A stretch of DNA of 56,000 nt from Squalus acanthias (taxonomy: Eukaryota): assembly GCA_030390025.1 (NCBI GenBank), contig JASTWF010000356.1, positions 434,001 to 490,000 on the forward strand, in the 5' to 3' direction. Within the stretch, counting starts at the first letter, position 1, and each line of letters begins with the position of its first letter. The position numbers and the translations under genes are program-made. Shown one piece after another: positions 51,615-56,000 of this stretch. Under the pieces are notes generated by a model, which had not been told where the DNA came from, ran no database searches, and was given only the letters and a program-made list of their open reading frames with translations.

Positions 51615-52077
51615 TTCACGGTACCATAGTGATTTTGTTAATGGACGAGTAATCCAGAGACAAACACTAATGATCCGGAGTTATGAGATCTAAATCCCAG
51701 CACGACAGCGGGGAAATTAAATTGAGTTAATTAAATAAATCTGGAATATACTGTAACTACCGGATTGTCGCAAAAGTCCATTTGGTTCAGTAATGTTCTT
51801 TAGGGAAGGAAATCTGCCGTCCTTAGCCGGTCTGCTATATGTGACTCCAGACCCACAGCAATGTGATTGACTCTCAACTGCCCTCTGAAATGGCTTAGCA
51901 AGTCACTCAGTTGTACCAAACTGATAAAAAGAAGTATATTGTGGGAGTACCTTCACAACAAGGACTGCAGCAGTTTAAGAAGGCGGCTCACCACAACCTT
52001 CTCAAGGGCAATTAGAGATGGGCATTAAACGCTGGCCTTGCCAGCGAGGCCCACATCGCAGGGAGGAATAAAAAATT
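51615..52077 (+). mobile_element. SINE with LINE-derived 3' tail
   Basis: Degenerate tRNA-like head, body TTTAGGGAAGGAAATCTGCCGTCCTT...GACTCCAGACCCACAGCAATG, tail CTCAAGGGCAATTAG...AATAAAAAA. Confidence 0.65.
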
Positions 52078-53269
52078 ATTAAATTAATTCCAATTAATTA
52101 TTGTGTGTGTTGAGTCAGAATGAAGGCTCTCGGTGCTCTGCTGATCCAGCTCCCTGCCTCTGCCGAGGGTTCATTTTATTAAACTGAGAGCAGTGTTTTT
52201 CCCATATTTTCTGGAATTATTTCCCTGCTCGTTCAACACCGTCACCTGATTATTGTGGGGACCTGCTTTTAACAGGAAATGAAAACACAATGTTTCAGTC
52301 TTTTAAAGAGGAACTGGAGTTCCATGAAATGACTTGTCTATTCAAAATTTATAACATTTCTTATGTAAAAAGAAGGTAATTATCAAATGTTTTGCCGTCG
52401 AATTCAGTATTTTAGCAGCAATGTAAATGGTCATGTTAGCAGTTACAGATTTAAATGGTTTAAGACAATCATATTTTCAGAGGTCATGGAGTCTATTTCT
52501 GACAATGTGACTATTTTATTGATGTATTTCTGTAGATGCGGCGCTGCTTAATGTTCTGTACAGCTGGAACAGACGGTGGATTCAGTAAACCCGCAGTGTC
52601 AGGTGTGGTGATGTAAAAATCCGTTATTGGAATCGCAGCTTCATGGTTAGAAAAACTGGCTGAATGTTCAGGGTTAATGTTCTTCACTAAACTCAGAACA
52701 TGTGATGTTGGTTATGTTACTTCCGTTTTTGTTATTTTCGCTGCGTGATTTCCTCTGTTGCCAGGGTAACAATCTGTCAGATCTCAGTACAAGAGGCCTT
52801 GGCTCCAATTTATATCCGAAAAACCGTCAAACATTCAGTGTAAATTCCTGTCTGTGTAGTCGGCATTCCAGGAGTAGGGACATCTTCTGAATAGTTTTAA
52901 TACACTGGCCACAATATTATAATAAGATTATAAAGCTGTTTTGTAGGAGCAGTAGGTTTTATAGATACACATAATTCGTAAAACGTCCTCCTGCCACGGT
53001 TAAATGAAGCTTCTTATATTGATAAAGACAGTTTCAACCCGGTGTTCGCACATGTTCCAACATTTCCACATGTCCGCCTGCCGTTCTGGCCTCTGCCTAC
53101 AGACGCAGTGAAAAGACATTCCAGTTCATCAGTGTGAGTTTGAGCAATGCCATCGAGATTCACCAGTAATGAATTAATTATTGTTTGTGAAGCACACTTC
53201 GTGTAAGATTCACATTTACTGTTGGCCCAACACATCTCCTGTCACATTAATTTCACCGGCAAACTGCTA

Positions 53270-54440
53270 AAGATAAGGTAGAAATAACAGAGGCACTATT
53301 ATATATTGATAAAAAGTCATCGAAATGGGAATAGTGCCAGAGGACTGGCGGACAGCTGGTGTTATTCCTGTATTTAAAACGGAAGATTGAAAAAGTCTAA
53401 GGACCTGTAGGCCAGTTAGCATAACGTTGATGATAGGAAATATAATGGAATCCTTACTCCAATATAATAGAAAAAAACATAAAAACACAAAATCTAATAA
53501 AGGGTAGTCAGAACGCATTCCAAAAAGGAATGTCATGCTTGACCAAACTGATTAAATTATTTGAGTAAGTATCAGTAAATGTAGATAAGGGTAATTTGAT
53601 AGATGTAATATACTTTGATTTTCTAAAACCCTTCGATAAGTTGCAGACCGCGATAAGTCCCATTGCAGACTCATGATTAATCTCAGAGCATGTGCAGTAA
53701 AGGGACAAGCAGCAGAACGGATAGCAGGCTCGCTATAAAAACAGAAAACATGAAGTAGGGGATAAAGGTATTTACTCAGATTAGCGGAAGGTGAGAAGTC
53801 GTCTTCCACATGGACTGGCGCTGGGACCACAGTTGTTCACCATTTACATAACCGATATGGACTCGGGAAGCTGAAGCACAAATTCAACATTTGCAGGCGA
53901 ATCCAATTTGGGAGTACAGTTAATACAGTGAACGTATGCAACAAAATACCTGAAGACATTAATAAATTTGTAGAATGGGCGTTTAAATGGTATATTAATG
54001 TCAATGCAGCTAAGTGTGAGGTGCTGAATTTTGTTATGAAGAATGAGGTTCTTAAATATCCCATGGATAATAAGAGTCTGAATGGGTTAGAGGGCAATGT
54101 GTTTTCGGGCTACAGAATCACAAATCATTTAAAGTAGCAAGATAGGTTAACAAGGTCATCAAATACAGAAACAGCACTGGGGCTCATTTCTAGAGGAATG
54201 TAATCGAAAAGCAAAGAGGTTACGTTAAAATTGTAGAACCCTGGTAATACCGTACTTAGCATACTGTGTAGAGTTCAGGACTCCATATTACAAAATGGAT
54301 ATCCAGGCACTGCGGAAGGTCCAAATATTTTACAAGGATGATACCAGAACTGAGAGATTACAACTGTCAGGATACATTGAAAAGGCTGGGGCTCTTTTCT
54401 CTGGAGTAGAGAAGGCTACGGGGTGAAGGAATACAGGCCT
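53270..54440 (+). mobile_element. Old CR1, positional homolog of 20020-21815
   Basis: Shared strings such as GTTATTCCTGTATTTAAAA, CAGTTAGCATAACGT, ATAATGGAATCCTTACTC. Confidence 0.8.
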
Positions 54441-54614
54441 AGGGAACAGAACAACATCAATGCATTTCTCTTTCTACGCTGAGAACCAAAGATATTCAAC
54501 CAGCACCAAAAATCTTCCCCTTTACAATCGTAAAACATGAAGACAGCTTCATGGAAGGGAGAGATCAGTCACCTGAAAAAATGGTTTCAAAGTAGATCCG
54601 ACTTCTTTCACATC

Positions 54615-54915
54615 AGTTAATGACCCACACTCAGTACAATTCTACAGTGACAGATACTCCAAGTAATACATGGCCACTGGGGTCAGGTGTTCCACTCCGG
54701 TTAGTGACCCACACTCAGTAAAATTCTACATGGACAGATAATCCCAGCAATACATGAACACTCGGGTCAGGTGTTCCACTCCGGTTAGTGACCCATACTC
54801 AGTACAGTTCTACAGTGACAGATACTCCCCGCAATACATGGCCACTGGGGTCAGGTGTTCCACACCTGTTAGGGACCCATACTCAGTCCAATTCTACAGA
54901 GACACATACTCCTAC
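54615..54915. repeat. 84-bp tandem repeat, about 3.5 copies (same unit as 23435-23902)
   Basis: GGGTCAGGTGTTCCAC...GTTAGTGACCCA units. Confidence 0.93.
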
Positions 54916-55210
54916 GATTACCTTCTCTCAGGGAATTGCCCGCACTTTGTTCTGATTCAACAGTAAAGGATTTTACATTAAAGTCAATAACTTCACAATT
55001 CAGCGAGCTAGAAACAGAGGTTTATTTTATGTTGAGGCAATGGAATAAACCCGCCGACGTAACTCAGGACAGTAACGGAATGATATCACTGATCGGGTGT
55101 CTCTATAATGGGAATCCCAAGATCAGCATGTAGCATTGTCAGTCACATAGCAAAACCAGAGATCAGCTCACACACAGATTTACACAACTTCAATGGCTAT
55201 AGTCACTTAC

Positions 55211-55277
55211 CAGGAACACCAATGACAGCAACGGTCATGTAGTATATTTTCGCTATTTTGTCAATTGGTCGATGCAT
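55211..55277 (-). CDS. Second GPR139-like coding exon 1 (1b: MHRPIDKIAKIYYMTVAVIGVP+G); no dedicated exon 2 in the window
   Basis: 67 nt, ATG to CCT G|GTAAGT. Same length, phase and TM1 end as exon 1a. Confidence 0.8.
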
Positions 55278-55795
55278 TTTCTGCGTGAAGCGATTGCCCT
55301 TCGTGCTGCAGGAAATCTCTCTGAATTGAATTCTAAGGCGATACATTCCCAGAGCATTTAATTTATACACTGCGGGATCTCCACGGGGACATTGAGGTTG
55401 CAACATCGTTCAAAATAGTTATTTTTAAAACTTGAACAAACAGATGACGACAGCCGAGTTAAGTCCCTGTTGTGATGAAATATATTTAGTGCTGAGATTG
55501 AAATTGAAAACCCCAAAGACTGGAGAATTCTGATCACATTAATGAAGTAATGCAAATTGCTAGCTGTATTCTCCCAGCAATGGGGATGTTGTTTCAAACA
55601 CCATCAGGCCCCTCTCTAGCCCTCATATTGTTTCGGTGATGTCCTTCCCTCTGTTGTGGCCATTCATGAATTATATTACAAATGTTAGAGTGTACTCTCA
55701 GGGCTGGTCTGTTGTACTCTGTGATGTGGCTGCCCTATTGAAATGTGGCCATTCAGTTAAGAAATTCAAGTGAGGAATTAGTGTCGATCGATCCC
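55278..55795 (-). promoter_or_regulatory. 5'UTR and promoter of exon 1b, TATAAA at 55362-55367
   Basis: Colinear with 24274-24800, TATA conserved. Confidence 0.68.
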
Positions 55796-56000
55796 CAAAC
55801 CAATACAGCACCTCACTAATACAGCCCACCAAATCTACATACATACTCAAATTAATCAACAACCTCTAATAAAAATAATCAAACTGAAGCAGCCCGTCAC
55901 AACAATACAGCACCTCAAACTAATACAGCCCCTCAAAATAATACAGCCCCTCACTAATACAGCCCATCAAATCTACATACATTCTCAAACTAAAAAACTA
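55795..56000. repeat. Start of a second, more degenerate satellite B array (runs off window end)
   Basis: CAGCCCCTCAAACTAATA-type units at the same position relative to exon 1b. Confidence 0.85.

Noticed and set aside
55203..55406. 67-aa ORF as a longer N-terminus or standalone peptide
   Set aside because: The upstream part spans the TATA box and is frameshifted in the paralogous cassette. Only the 67-nt exon is conserved.

Overview
Repeat-dense vertebrate DNA, most likely from a cartilaginous fish (inferred from the CR1/L2/RTE/Penelope/DeuSINE content and the receptor type). The only intact host gene is a two-exon, minus-strand GPR139-like class A GPCR: exon 1a at 24207-24273 and exon 2 at 11457-12367, giving 325 aa. 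A second paralogous cassette (promoter, exon 1b at 55211-55277, and flanking repeats) lies 31 kb further upstream and has no exon 2 of its own in the window. It is phase-compatible with the same exon 2, and its extracellular codons are far more diverged than the surrounding non-coding DNA. This suggests either variable first exons on a shared constant exon or an orphaned paralog. Each exon 1 is bracketed by an 82-84 bp repeat and an 18-bp satellite, and a different 18-bp satellite precedes exon 2. The rest is mobile DNA: many CR1 copies, two Penelope-like elements with minimal hammerhead-ribozyme motifs, a head-to-head RTE pair, a decayed viral-fusion-type env with a probable LTR, a hairpin-rich MITE, SINEs and minisatellites. 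Repeat boundaries were read by eye and are approximate.
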